Assembly: GCA_016840035.1 (NCBI GenBank)
Contig: JAEOTC010000068.1
Span: 25,186-89,185 of the forward strand
Direction of reading: 5' to 3'
Source: Candidatus Hodarchaeota archaeon
GTDB taxonomy: Archaea; Asgardarchaeota; Heimdallarchaeia; Hodarchaeales; Hodarchaeaceae
DNA: 64,000 nucleotides
Position numbers and translations under genes: made by a program. Below, piece after piece: positions 10,685 through 21,060 of this stretch. Below the pieces are notes generated by a model. The model was not told the DNA's origin. It saw nothing but the letters and a program-made list of their open reading frames with translations, and searched no databases. Within the stretch, counting starts at the first letter, position 1. Each line of letters begins with the position of its first letter.

Positions 10685-11464
10685 TTGACTATTCATATTT
10701 CGGGGATAGATGAAACAGGAAGAGGAAGTGTAGTAGGACCTTTAATCATTGTAGGCTTGTCAATTGAAAAACAACAAAGCATTATTCTCAAAGATATGGG
10801 TGTTAAGGATTCGAAGTTGTTCTCTGGATTAACAGGAAGGAAAAAAAGAAGTAAACTCGCAGAAAAGATACAGCAAATCGCGCAAGAAGTTATAGTAGTG
10901 GAAGTTCCCTCTTCAGAAATTGACATTGTATTGGGAAATAGACCTAAAGATAATTTAAATTTATTAGAACTAAGAAATTTTAGTAAGCTTCTACTAGAGT
11001 TGAATGCTGAAGAAATCTTTATTGATACGATATCTTCACCTCAATACTCTCTAACACAGATAAAGACAATAATTCACTCTAATGACTCGAGGTATCACTT
11101 CAAACGGATTGATTCAGATAAAGACAAAATTGAATCGGTTTTAAGAAGGGGAAAATCATCAAAGAGGATTATAATTGAGAAAAAAGCCGATTCTAAACAC
11201 ATGGTCGTTGCAGCAGCTTCATGTGTCGCTAAACACTTGAGGGATGAAAGGTTACGCGATATTGAGAAGGTTTGGGGCCTTCCAGACCTAATTCTTGGTC
11301 AGGGATATCCTAATATAAAAGATCATAATTTAATTCGATTCCTTCAAGAATATAAAACCGAAATTCGAAAGAAAACGTTCCCCTTTATTAGGTATCAATG
11401 GGATTGGGAATGTTTACAACAAATTTTAAAACAACCGAGAAAAAAACTAGATCGATTTCTTTAA
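10685..11464 (+). CDS. rnhB: Ribonuclease HII
   Basis: GIDETGRGSVVGPL, GVKDSK, KAD, AAASCVAK, GY. Confidence 0.92.
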   Translation: MTIHISGIDETGRGSVVGPLIIVGLSIEKQQSIILKDMGVKDSKLFSGLTGRKKRSKLAEKIQQIAQEVIVVEVPSSEIDIVLGNRPKDNLNLLELRNFSKLLLELNAEEIFIDTISSPQYSLTQIKTIIHSNDSRYHFKRIDSDKDKIESVLRRGKSSKRIIIEKKADSKHMVVAAASCVAKHLRDERLRDIEKVWGLPDLILGQGYPNIKDHNLIRFLQEYKTEIRKKTFPFIRYQWDWECLQQILKQPRKKLDRFL

Positions 11465-11520
11465 CAAAAATTGAAACTAATCCTATTAATTTATATAATT
11501 AATAATTTGGATGGATAGAA

Positions 11521-12897
11521 ATGATTGAAAGTATCTTTCGTACCTATGATATTCGTGGGAAATTCCCTAAGGAAATATCATTGGAAACAGTGGTAAAAAT
11601 TGGAAAAGCCTTCGGAACAAAGTTCGGAATGAATAAAAACGTAATTATTGGAGGCGATGTTCGCCTTTCTACACCGATCATTAAAACTGCACTTTCGATG
11701 GGTTTATTAGAGGTTGGGTGCAACGTGAAAGATATCGGAATTTGTACTACTCCCACAATATACTATTTATCCGTAGAAAATTCTTCTGTGGACTTCGGGA
11801 TAATGATAACAGCAAGTCATAATCCCATCAACTATAATGGAATAAAGGTTTGTGACGAAAATGGTGTTTCTTTTCATATCAGAAATTTCTTTAGTGAAAT
11901 AAAAGACATAATAATCCAGAATGGTTATAGGGTGACTAATCCTTTTGCTTTTGGACAGACTTCAATTTTAGATCAAGTAAGCTCGGATCAGTATTGGAAA
12001 TATCAGAATACCCATTTTTCTCCAAGTAAACCTGTAAAAATCGTTGTAGATATTGGAAATGGGACTTGTTACCCAATTCTTCAACTTCTAAAGAAAAATG
12101 AGATGCAGGTTAACGCATTGCATTCAGAACCTGATGGCAATTTCCCTGTTATGATCCCTGATCCTGCTAAACCAAAGTGCTTGAAATATATAATTGAGAC
12201 CATAAATCAAACTTCTTACGATATAGGTATCGGTTATGATGCAGATGGAGATCGCGTGGGATTCGTCGATGAAAAAGGTACCATAGTTAAACCTGATCAG
12301 ATAATAATGCTATTTGGAAGGAGTTTATTGGAAAGTGTACCAGGTGGGAAAATTTTAATTGATATTAAAACTTCAAAAGCTACCTACGAATATTTAAAAG
12401 AACTAGGTGCAAAGGTAGAATATACACGTGTTGGTCATTCTTGGATTCATGAAAAACTTGTAAAAGAAGGTGCAATTTTTGCTGGAGAGTTGAGTGGTCA
12501 CTATTATTTCGGAGAGGAGTACTTTGGCTTCGATGATGCAATTTATTCCTCGTTAAAAATGATTGAAATTGTTTCTTCCTTGGAAAATTCATTCTCTGAA
12601 GAAATCGTCCGTCTACCTATGTTTCATACATCAGATGAAGTTAGAATACCCTGTGGTGATGATATTAAGACTAGTGTAGTTAAGAAAGTCAAAGAACGAT
12701 TATTAAAAGAAGCTCAGAAGTGCATCACCATTGATGGTGTACGTGCTGAATTTGACGATGGTTGGGTATTAGCTCGAGAGAGTGGAACTGAACCAGTCAT
12801 ATCTGTTCGTGCAGAGGCTGATACGAAGCAAAAACTTGAGTATTACTCAAAATATATTGAGGAAATTGTTTCCTCTGAAATCGATAAATTTACCTAA
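11521..12897 (+). CDS. Phosphomannomutase/phosphoglucomutase
   Basis: FRTYDIRG, TASHNP, DADGDR, GELSGH, SGTEP. Confidence 0.95.
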   Translation: MIESIFRTYDIRGKFPKEISLETVVKIGKAFGTKFGMNKNVIIGGDVRLSTPIIKTALSMGLLEVGCNVKDIGICTTPTIYYLSVENSSVDFGIMITASHNPINYNGIKVCDENGVSFHIRNFFSEIKDIIIQNGYRVTNPFAFGQTSILDQVSSDQYWKYQNTHFSPSKPVKIVVDIGNGTCYPILQLLKKNEMQVNALHSEPDGNFPVMIPDPAKPKCLKYIIETINQTSYDIGIGYDADGDRVGFVDEKGTIVKPDQIIMLFGRSLLESVPGGKILIDIKTSKATYEYLKELGAKVEYTRVGHSWIHEKLVKEGAIFAGELSGHYYFGEEYFGFDDAIYSSLKMIEIVSSLENSFSEEIVRLPMFHTSDEVRIPCGDDIKTSVVKKVKERLLKEAQKCITIDGVRAEFDDGWVLARESGTEPVISVRAEADTKQKLEYYSKYIEEIVSSEIDKFT

Positions 12898-12923
12898 AAA
12901 TTCTTTTAGGAAAAGAGACTATT

Positions 12924-13145
12924 TTGGGAATATATCTTTTTTACGAATTAAAAGAGGTTAATAAATTGTATGACCTATTAATTGGCTCTTTGCTCATCAT
13001 TATCGGATTATTAATAGCAGTAGGTTTGGGAGGCACAATGAGTGATGCAACGGCTGCATTTTACTACATTATTGGATTCCTTATTGCTTTCGCAGGTTTA
13101 GGTTTGTTATTGAAATATCGAAAATCCACTCAAGGAAGAGAATAA
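12924..13145 (+). CDS. Small two-TM membrane protein (true start possibly TTG 12966 after GAGGT)
   Basis: Two hydrophobic Gly-rich helices and a basic tail. Confidence 0.6.
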   Translation: MGIYLFYELKEVNKLYDLLIGSLLIIIGLLIAVGLGGTMSDATAAFYYIIGFLIAFAGLGLLLKYRKSTQGRE

Positions 13146-13165
13146 GAAATATTACCATCGGAGAG

Positions 13166-15772
13166 CTACTTAGGAATTTCTAACTTATCTATTAAGAGAG
13201 TAATTTTATTTTCACTTTTTTTCTCATTTATAGCTTTCATTATCCTCTGGATTCCCTCAAGCTCATGGATTATTCCATTCAAAAACGAAAGAATATCCCC
13301 TGGATAAACGAGAAGTTCAAAATAAGAAAAACTCCTCGAAATCTGTACTATATTTTTTCCCTCAAGTCGTTTGTTAACAATATATCTGCCAATCTGCTCT
13401 GATCCATGTTGACAAAATGGATTTTCTGGGCATGCACAGGTGAAGAAATTCTGAGTCCATTTTGCAAAGGTTGACAAACACCATTTATTTAGCTCTGTTG
13501 CCTCCTTTCCTTTAAGAGTAGCGCTCATCACATCTAAAACAGGACTATTGATCAAGCGTGTAGAGAACCTCATATGATATGTTTTCTCAAGATAAGAATG
13601 AAGCTTCTTTGACAAATAGACATTCTGAGGTTGGTTCATTTCTAGGGCAATTGATAGAAAATGTTCTTTTCTTCTAATTAATGAAACAATGTTGATTATT
13701 TTTTCGGGGGAAAAGAAAGAAAGAGTCCCAGCCTTTCCTAGAGGAGTAACTTCCAAATATCGTTGTTTATCCTCGAAAACTATAGAAATCAACGATTTCC
13801 GAATTAGGTTGTTCGTAATTTGCATGAAATTATGATTTGCAGTTCCTATCATATTCTCATATATCTTTTTAACCTCAGAAGGCAGTATCCTAGGCTTAAT
13901 TGAGCATAATGATATTATTTGCTCTGCACAAGCGTTTTCATCGTAATCAGGGGAAATTGGGGTAAGATCCGAATTTACTAACTCCAATGCAATTTCAACT
14001 TCAGATTTGGAATCCATTGTAGAAACAGACTCCCCTAAACAGAGAAAAACAGCATATCCACGATCGTGTTTTCCCAGTCTTCCTGCTCTTCCAATCATCT
14101 GTGTGAAAGTATTCGGATCCAGTATTTGATTCCCCATCAACATTGATTCAAATATGACTTGAGAAGCAGGAAAATCTACACCTGCTCCTAATGCATATGT
14201 TGCAACAATTGCTGTACATTTTCCTGAAGAGAAATCAGTCTCGATTTGTTTCCGAAGTGTATAAGACAGACCTGAGTGGTAAGCTTGAGCATTTTTTAAA
14301 CCAGATTCACGTAAATATTCTGATATTTCATTTGTTTTTCTTCTTGAATTTGTAAAAACGATCGTTTGCCCTTTATAACCGAATCTTGATTTTCTTTTTA
14401 GCTCTGTTTGAATTAAAATGGTTATTTGTCGAAGTTTTTCATGTGTACTTCTGGATATTAATAAATGTTGTTCTAACGGAATTGGTCTATGATCTACCGT
14501 TACTAATTTTAATGAAAGATCATTTGCAAATTGGATAGGATTTCCAATAGTTGCAGAAAGGCCTATAATTTGAACGTTCTTTGAATAAGACCGAATTTTT
14601 GCCTGTAAGCAATCTAACATTGGTCCCCTATCTGGATCGGCTAATGTTTGAATTTCATCAATTACGATACAACCAATGTCATTGAAATTAATTTGTCCTC
14701 CACGAATTAAGAGGTCTAATCCTTCATACGTTGCAATAACAATATCTGATTTATGAATGGAAAATCGAGTTTGATAAAACGTTTTTTTTTCTTTTATAGT
14801 GTTAAATATGCGAGATCTTCCAGTACGAATTCCTACTTGATACTTGTCCCCATAGCTTTTCTTAAACTCCTCATATTTTGTATTCGCTAAAGCGACCAGA
14901 GGTACAACAAAGATGAATTTCTTTTTCTTTTTTACTGTTGAAATTCCAGCAATTTCTCCTATTAGAGTTTTTCCCGCGCTGGTATTCGCAATAATTAGTA
15001 TATCCCTATTTCTGAGTAATCCATTCTTTAAAGCTTCGTTTTGAATAGGAAGTAGGTCCTTTATTCCCCTTTTTAGGAAATTTTTCTTTAAGTCATTATC
15101 AATTTGAGAACTTTTTACTGATTGTGGATCAGAAGCTGGACTTCGTGTATCTGCTCTCTTTATTAATGTTAGATCACTCAGATTCGCATTTCCTTGCGTT
15201 AATGTCTCCGTGACTGGATGTATGTCATGAAAGCGATCCAAAATTGACACTGCATATTTTCTAAATCCAGGATTACCTAGTAAGTTAATTTTTTTCGATT
15301 CTAATTCTTTCTCTAATTCTTGTAGTGCACAATTTTTGCATATTTCGCGATCATATGCTTTGTAGTTTCCTTTAGGTTTTAACAATGATATTTTTTCTGT
15401 AAACAAGCAGAAAGGGCAGAAATTTCGTTCAGAAAATTTAACTGAAAGATTAAAATCATTGCTAAACTGAATTAATCCATCTTTTTCCTTTTTAGGAAGA
15501 TCTTTGGTTAGAAAAACATATTTTGATTTTGAAAGAATCTCTTGAATAGTATTTTCAGGAGGGGATGCTTTCCATTTACCATGTTCCTCCCAAAAAATTT
15601 GCTGTGGACGCCATAGTTTCTCTCTTTTGTAATAATATTTAATTTTTCCTTTAAGGCGAGGTTTCCTTTGAATGAGCTTACCTTTTGAAAATCCTAAGAT
15701 CTGGAGGGTATTTTCTTGCTTGGATGGAGCGAATATGACTGTATAAAATAATGAATTCGGAAACATGTTCAT
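13166..15772 (-). CDS. Archaeal Ski2-like DExD/H helicase (ASH-Ski2/DUF5814-type)
   Basis: TSAGKT, DEIQ, SAT, GVDFP, QMIGRAGR; N-terminal Cys cluster and C-terminal CACPENPFC. Confidence 0.88.
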   Translation of the reverse strand: MNMFPNSLFYTVIFAPSKQENTLQILGFSKGKLIQRKPRLKGKIKYYYKREKLWRPQQIFWEEHGKWKASPPENTIQEILSKSKYVFLTKDLPKKEKDGLIQFSNDFNLSVKFSERNFCPFCLFTEKISLLKPKGNYKAYDREICKNCALQELEKELESKKINLLGNPGFRKYAVSILDRFHDIHPVTETLTQGNANLSDLTLIKRADTRSPASDPQSVKSSQIDNDLKKNFLKRGIKDLLPIQNEALKNGLLRNRDILIIANTSAGKTLIGEIAGISTVKKKKKFIFVVPLVALANTKYEEFKKSYGDKYQVGIRTGRSRIFNTIKEKKTFYQTRFSIHKSDIVIATYEGLDLLIRGGQINFNDIGCIVIDEIQTLADPDRGPMLDCLQAKIRSYSKNVQIIGLSATIGNPIQFANDLSLKLVTVDHRPIPLEQHLLISRSTHEKLRQITILIQTELKRKSRFGYKGQTIVFTNSRRKTNEISEYLRESGLKNAQAYHSGLSYTLRKQIETDFSSGKCTAIVATYALGAGVDFPASQVIFESMLMGNQILDPNTFTQMIGRAGRLGKHDRGYAVFLCLGESVSTMDSKSEVEIALELVNSDLTPISPDYDENACAEQIISLCSIKPRILPSEVKKIYENMIGTANHNFMQITNNLIRKSLISIVFEDKQRYLEVTPLGKAGTLSFFSPEKIINIVSLIRRKEHFLSIALEMNQPQNVYLSKKLHSYLEKTYHMRFSTRLINSPVLDVMSATLKGKEATELNKWCLSTFAKWTQNFFTCACPENPFCQHGSEQIGRYIVNKRLEGKNIVQISRSFSYFELLVYPGDILSFLNGIIHELEGIQRIMKAINEKKSENKITLLIDKLEIPK

Positions 15773-15865
15773 TAGAATGAGTATTGTTGCTAGTAAAAAA
15801 GCAAAGTGTTAAAAAATATGAGTTCTTCCTTATGTTCAAAGATACATCAGAATGAGGAGATAAAC

Positions 15866-16339
15866 TTGCCAATTTGTTCTAAATGTGGATCTTATTATAG
15901 CGAAGCTTCATGCACATTCTGTACGCCTGATGATTCCCCTAAATCCCCTGTATCAACAGTAAATGTCGAAGAAAAGAGTTCAGTGAGATTGATAGACCCA
16001 CTTGAGTTGCTTGATTCAATCGAAAAAACTGAAGCTGAATTTAACGAATTAAATGAAGTTAAAACCGCGGAACTAAAGGAATTAGAAACTGAGGTCTCTA
16101 CACTTCAAGAGAGAGAGAAAGAGATATTATTAGAAATAGAACCCCTGAACTCACAAATTTCACAACTTGAATCTTCTCTTAAGGAGAAAGAGGAAGAAAT
16201 CGTTACTCTAACTGGTAATAGTCAGAGTCTGCTAGAAGAAACAAATGCACTTAAAGCAAGAATTCTTAGTCTTGAGACTAATAAGGTTGCATTGAATGAA
16301 GAAGTTAATGAGTTAAAAAACACCCTTGGAGTGGAATAG
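15866..16339 (+). CDS. Zn-ribbon plus coiled-coil protein, paralogue 1
   Basis: TTG 15866 after GAGGAG gives PICSKCGSYYSEASCTFC, matching the next gene's N-terminus; long heptad E/K/L region. Confidence 0.75.
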   Translation: MPICSKCGSYYSEASCTFCTPDDSPKSPVSTVNVEEKSSVRLIDPLELLDSIEKTEAEFNELNEVKTAELKELETEVSTLQEREKEILLEIEPLNSQISQLESSLKEKEEEIVTLTGNSQSLLEETNALKARILSLETNKVALNEEVNELKNTLGVE

Positions 16340-16341
16340 AA

Positions 16342-16830
16342 GTGCCCAAATGTCTGAAATGTGGTTCATATTATATTCGTGCGCCGTGTCCTGTTTGTTC
16401 CCCACCTGGAGTGGGACAACTAATTGAAGATTCAAAGGAAGCTAAAGGAAAATCAGTTGAGGAACTCCAGACAGAGCTAGAAACTCTTTCCGCAAAATTC
16501 AAGAGTCAAGAAACCGAATACGATCAGAAAATAAGAGATGTGAAGACGCAAATACACTCATTAGAGGATCAGAATCAAAGCCACGAAGTTAGTAAAATCA
16601 ATTTGAATGAGAAGATTTCAAATTTACAAAAAGAAATCGAAATGAAAGGAGTAAAAGTGGAGGAAGTTAAGAAAAATATTGAAAACCTATACTCTGAAAA
16701 ATCAACGGCTTCAGGAAAAATTGCTACATTGGAAACAGAAATAGTAAACGTAAAATCGACAATTCAGTCCTTAAACGAGAGAATTCAAGAAAAAAAGAAA
16801 CTGGACGAAGAGCAAATAGGTACCGAGTAG
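16342..16830 (+). CDS. Zn-ribbon plus coiled-coil protein, paralogue 2
   Basis: PKCLKCGSYYIRAPCPVC followed by a heptad region; starts 2 nt after paralogue 1. Confidence 0.8.
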   Translation: MPKCLKCGSYYIRAPCPVCSPPGVGQLIEDSKEAKGKSVEELQTELETLSAKFKSQETEYDQKIRDVKTQIHSLEDQNQSHEVSKINLNEKISNLQKEIEMKGVKVEEVKKNIENLYSEKSTASGKIATLETEIVNVKSTIQSLNERIQEKKKLDEEQIGTE

Positions 16831-16913
16831 AGAATAGCTTTGAATTATAAGCTCTAAGGCAAGAGATAATTTTCTTTCTACAGAGAGAACTAATGATGGT
16901 AATGGGAAGATAG

Positions 16914-17300
16914 ATGGAAAAGCTAGCTCAATTCGAGAGATCTTTTGCCTCTTATGACATAACTACAATCATCTATTCAAAAAAAAATGGATTGGTTGTT
17001 GATATCCTAACTCCGAATGAACATTTGGGTGGTGTTGGAGTCGGAATTCCGTATACACGAAAAAATGGCGCTAAATCAGCAAATTTTCATTGTATTGCGT
17101 TTCCAGCTCATCGTGATTCCGAACTAGCTGGACGATTAGCCCAGACCATGGCTAAATACACAGAACTACCTGTAATAGTTCTTCTTGGGATTCACATTCC
17201 TGACATCACAGAAGCAGAAATTACTGATCTAACAGAATTTTTCTTAGGTTGGTTCAAAGAAATTGGTTCTAATTTGAATGAGAATTTCTCCTCAAATTGA
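16914..17300 (+). CDS. LpdD / proteasome assembly chaperone (PAC4)-like small protein
   Basis: HLGGVGVG.P...PAHRD..LA...A.....PV.V..GIH pattern. Confidence 0.6.
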   Translation: MEKLAQFERSFASYDITTIIYSKKNGLVVDILTPNEHLGGVGVGIPYTRKNGAKSANFHCIAFPAHRDSELAGRLAQTMAKYTELPVIVLLGIHIPDITEAEITDLTEFFLGWFKEIGSNLNENFSSN

Positions 17301-20300
17301 AATACAGCAGGGTAACGAAAGTAACCGTCATAATCAGTATTAACGCTTCATGAAGCTCAATGATAGGATCGGGAGTAAGAGTAGATACAATCTTAAATCC
17401 AGGATCCAAATCACCAATTTTTAGATTCGGGGAAATACCAGTTGAGGTATATACAGAGATTGTATAGGTATTAGGAGTTAAACTTGCAGGAGGAATTGAT
17501 AACACATAGATATGGGTATTGTTCTCCTTAATTGCTGATGTGATACTCGGAAGAGATTGATTAAGTCTTCCAATCTTTCCTTTAATATCTAATATGCCGT
17601 AAAGATTGATATTTGGGACTGGAATATTGGAGAACTCTGAATTAACTACCTCAAAGGAGATTGAGATAACAGAGGCGGTATCAATTGCATAGACTGGCAA
17701 TCCATCCGAATTGTTGAGGCTATAATATTCTACATTAGTAATGGCATAATTTCCAGAGAGAGTAAGATTGAAGCTCATTTGTTTTAAAGGATCAGATGGA
17801 TCTCGTAAATCGACATATGAGTTGTTCCATTTGGTTTTAATCTTAAATCGTGTTCTAAAAGTTGTTTCAGGAAGGTTCGGATTAATAGATGCACTCATGT
17901 AGACAGATTCATTTACTTGTCTAATTTTAAAGAGTTGTATAAATTTTAAATCCTCAGATACATTCACAAGTCCTCCAATTATATCTATATTTGCATCAGT
18001 AATATTGTAGATTCCTGAAGGTGTGGAGATCCCTACTACGGTAGTAGTATTGAGAGTTTCACCGTAATATATAGTATAGCCCTCTGACACAGAGATATCT
18101 TTTCGTTGATCTGTTTCAATAGTTGTCTGGTATAAGACTGGAGTTCCTCCTATCTGAATTTGAGAAAGTGTACTGTTCGAAATCTTGTCAATCTGATAGG
18201 AGGAGGAAGTATTCCAGCTTAATTTTACAGTCAGATTATAATGACCTGTAAGATACTGGATTGGACAGATTTCATTGATACTTGTATAAGTATTTCCAGA
18301 TACATAAGATAAGTTAACATTGAAGGTTTCTGTCTGAGTTTCATTGCTGATAAAAAGCAGTGATGCGTTCGCATTGGATGTGAAAAAACCATTTGTATAT
18401 TCCAGTGAAACATTAAGATTCATCGGTAAACCTGGATAGTATATAGGTAATTTAGATATATTTACTAGTCTTACATTACCAGATACATCTAAAAGAAAAT
18501 TTGTCTCTAAAACTGTGAAAGAATTATTGAATCTTAATTCTAAGTCCCATGTGCCTAGAAGTGAATCATTTGCAAAGGGAATTTCAAATTTAAAGGAGGT
18601 AGTTGTTTGGTTCAACGGTTCATAAACGAGTAAAATGCTAGTTTCACTATTTGGTGAAGTAATATTTGCAGATAAGCTTCCTGTGGTAATATTCAATGTT
18701 TCATAAGTGATTACAGATCTATTTTGATAGTACACTGTTGCATTCAATGTTACACCTGGTTTAATCAATGTAGTGCCAAAATCATACCTTGGTGCATAAC
18801 CTACCATAACAGTAGAGTTCTTTAGATAGACCGGAGAACGAATAACAGGTAAATTTCGAATAGAAAGATGATTAACAACTTTGTGAGACCCCAAAGTCCA
18901 GTTGAAAACTCCATTACTATCATTTTCTATATCGACCGTGTATTTAGCACTAGACTCTCTCGTGAATACTTCATTATTTTCTGAATAGGAGGGATGTGTT
19001 ATTTCCCAATTATCTATCGTTGTTGTTAAACTTAGGGAACCATGAGATTTGAAATCAAAAAGCTTCATCCCTAGATCGAATGATGAAATCTCTCCTTGAA
19101 TAAGATAGTTGGATTGATTAATTCTCTGGTTTGATTGATAATATCCTGTTGTTAAATCAAGATCGATTGACTCAAATACTGAAAGGGATAGTAGATATAC
19201 TAACGAAGCATAATAAGTGTCATGAATGTTTATACGATTATTGCTATTTGGATCTGAATATGTGACGTTATTTGGCCCAAATCCACCAATATCCAATGTT
19301 TCAGATGTAATATACGTTCTATTTTCTCGTTTCAAGAATTGAGAAGAATTGACGAAATTTAATGCCTCTGTATGGTCAATGTCATCTGTTAAGTTAAGTA
19401 AATGACTAATTGCATAAACTATACCCGTTTCTTTTATTGTAGCATCTTCGTCGAAACCATACCCTCCTTTGGTCATCCCTGAATCTTTAAGTAACGTGGG
19501 TAACCAAGATTGTATCGGGATTTGGTAATCAATCAAGGTTTCTGGTAAAACAATTCCCAATATCTTTGAAAAATTTTCAAGAACTTCAATTGCTTTAAGA
19601 GCATACCAAGTTTCTTCTATCGGAGTCTGAAAGCTTGTATTATCATGAAAATATGTAGTATCAATCAAAAAACTGTTAATAAAATTAAAAATATTCAATG
19701 AATAATTTGTCATAAAGTCTAGAATGGTTTGATTTACTACAGGTGTGATTGCGGGGGCTTTCACTTCGTGAATGACATTGTAAATCAGATTTAAAATCGA
19801 TAATGCCTGAGATGTTGTTTTTAGACTTGGCTTTTGGTTTTTCTCAAAGAATCCATATTCGTCTAAGTTAAATGCATTCAAGATTGTGTAATTCATAATA
19901 TCAGGTGTAATCGGATTTAATTGAAGTGTCAATTCGTCCATTAACCAAAGAGTATTAACAACTCCGAATGTTCCTTCAATAGACGGATTGGAAACAATAG
20001 GACTAAGTCGATATCCTCCTGATCCACTCTCATCTTTTAAATCAATAGTTAGTTTGTTAGCTATAGCTACTTCATAATCTTGCCATTTTGAGAAAAATTG
20101 ATAATAATCTAAACCGAAAATTCGTAATACTGCCAAAGCTTCATAGGTAGCGATAGATGTTGAGAACCCGTCGACTGACTCAAAGAAGATTGCTTCAGTA
20201 GTATCGTAGAGACTGTTAATATAATCTGCTAATGATTCCACATCAAATGAATAGTTGCCAATAAAATTTTTTTCAGCTAACACACTATACGAAATCTCTG

Positions 20301-20463
20301 AGGGAAATGATTCTTCTAATTTTTCGTTTGATGTTTGTTGGTATTCGTTCAATGAAGCGGTGGGACTGGATAGAATAGTTAAAGGACCGATCATTAAAAT
20401 AATGATAAATGCTCCTTCTACCATTTTCCGATATCTATTAAATTTGATTCTACGGATATGCAT
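17269..20463 (-). CDS. Large secreted, C-terminally anchored protein: prenyltransferase/squalene-oxidase-type alpha/alpha barrel followed by beta-sandwich domains
   Basis: Signal peptide from Met 20463; about six GG[YF]...T..A repeats; many N-x-S/T sequons; C-terminal TM helix and basic tail. Confidence 0.75.
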   Translation of the reverse strand: MHIRRIKFNRYRKMVEGAFIIILMIGPLTILSSPTASLNEYQQTSNEKLEESFPSEISYSVLAEKNFIGNYSFDVESLADYINSLYDTTEAIFFESVDGFSTSIATYEALAVLRIFGLDYYQFFSKWQDYEVAIANKLTIDLKDESGSGGYRLSPIVSNPSIEGTFGVVNTLWLMDELTLQLNPITPDIMNYTILNAFNLDEYGFFEKNQKPSLKTTSQALSILNLIYNVIHEVKAPAITPVVNQTILDFMTNYSLNIFNFINSFLIDTTYFHDNTSFQTPIEETWYALKAIEVLENFSKILGIVLPETLIDYQIPIQSWLPTLLKDSGMTKGGYGFDEDATIKETGIVYAISHLLNLTDDIDHTEALNFVNSSQFLKRENRTYITSETLDIGGFGPNNVTYSDPNSNNRINIHDTYYASLVYLLSLSVFESIDLDLTTGYYQSNQRINQSNYLIQGEISSFDLGMKLFDFKSHGSLSLTTTIDNWEITHPSYSENNEVFTRESSAKYTVDIENDSNGVFNWTLGSHKVVNHLSIRNLPVIRSPVYLKNSTVMVGYAPRYDFGTTLIKPGVTLNATVYYQNRSVITYETLNITTGSLSANITSPNSETSILLVYEPLNQTTTSFKFEIPFANDSLLGTWDLELRFNNSFTVLETNFLLDVSGNVRLVNISKLPIYYPGLPMNLNVSLEYTNGFFTSNANASLLFISNETQTETFNVNLSYVSGNTYTSINEICPIQYLTGHYNLTVKLSWNTSSSYQIDKISNSTLSQIQIGGTPVLYQTTIETDQRKDISVSEGYTIYYGETLNTTTVVGISTPSGIYNITDANIDIIGGLVNVSEDLKFIQLFKIRQVNESVYMSASINPNLPETTFRTRFKIKTKWNNSYVDLRDPSDPLKQMSFNLTLSGNYAITNVEYYSLNNSDGLPVYAIDTASVISISFEVVNSEFSNIPVPNINLYGILDIKGKIGRLNQSLPSITSAIKENNTHIYVLSIPPASLTPNTYTISVYTSTGISPNLKIGDLDPGFKIVSTLTPDPIIELHEALILIMTVTFVTLLYFNLRRNSHSN

Positions 20464-20642
20464 TTCTCTTTCACGCCGAGTAATGACTTGAATACTGAAA
20501 CTTAGACAGAAGGAGAAGGATTTCTTTGAAAATATTATCCTTTCGGAAAATACGTTTACATGACTCAATATTTTCAAAAGAAGCCATTAAAGCGAAAATT
20601 CTAAATGAGAATTCTCACCTCGTTTGAATGACGAATTACGCA

Positions 20643-21052
20643 TATTTAGGTTGAAATTTACGATGGGTAGAAATCTAGAGGATCAAATGCGATTATCAAT
20701 GAGAGGGATATTGTCGAAACAAATGATAGCAGGAGGAGAAAAAAACAGGGTTATTGCATCATTTGTAAGTGATGATAATGGCTTTCCTTTAACGGGAATG
20801 AAAAAATCTGGAGATTCCATTATTGATATGGATTCGAAAGAATTTGAGCAAATATCTGCATTAATTCCTCAAATTTGGGGTGCAACTGATGGCTCTACTA
20901 GAGATTTAGAATTATTAAGTTTGAAAGATAGTTCAATAAATCACATAACAGTGGGTTTTAAAGATGAAAACGATTCCACTCCAAACTTCGAGTTATTGAT
21001 TGCACGTCTAGATGAATTATACATATCTTCCCTCTTTAAATCAAGAAAATAG
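20643..21052 (+). CDS. Roadblock/LC7-like domain protein
   Basis: Helix, VIASFVSDDNGFPL, helix (EQISALIPQIW), then beta strands. Confidence 0.6.
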
Positions 21053-21060
21053 GTGTCTAC

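Noticed and set aside
15866-16830. Direct homology to ATG14 or SMC proteins
   Set aside because: CxxC pairs and coiled coils are low-information features, and no diagnostic domain is present
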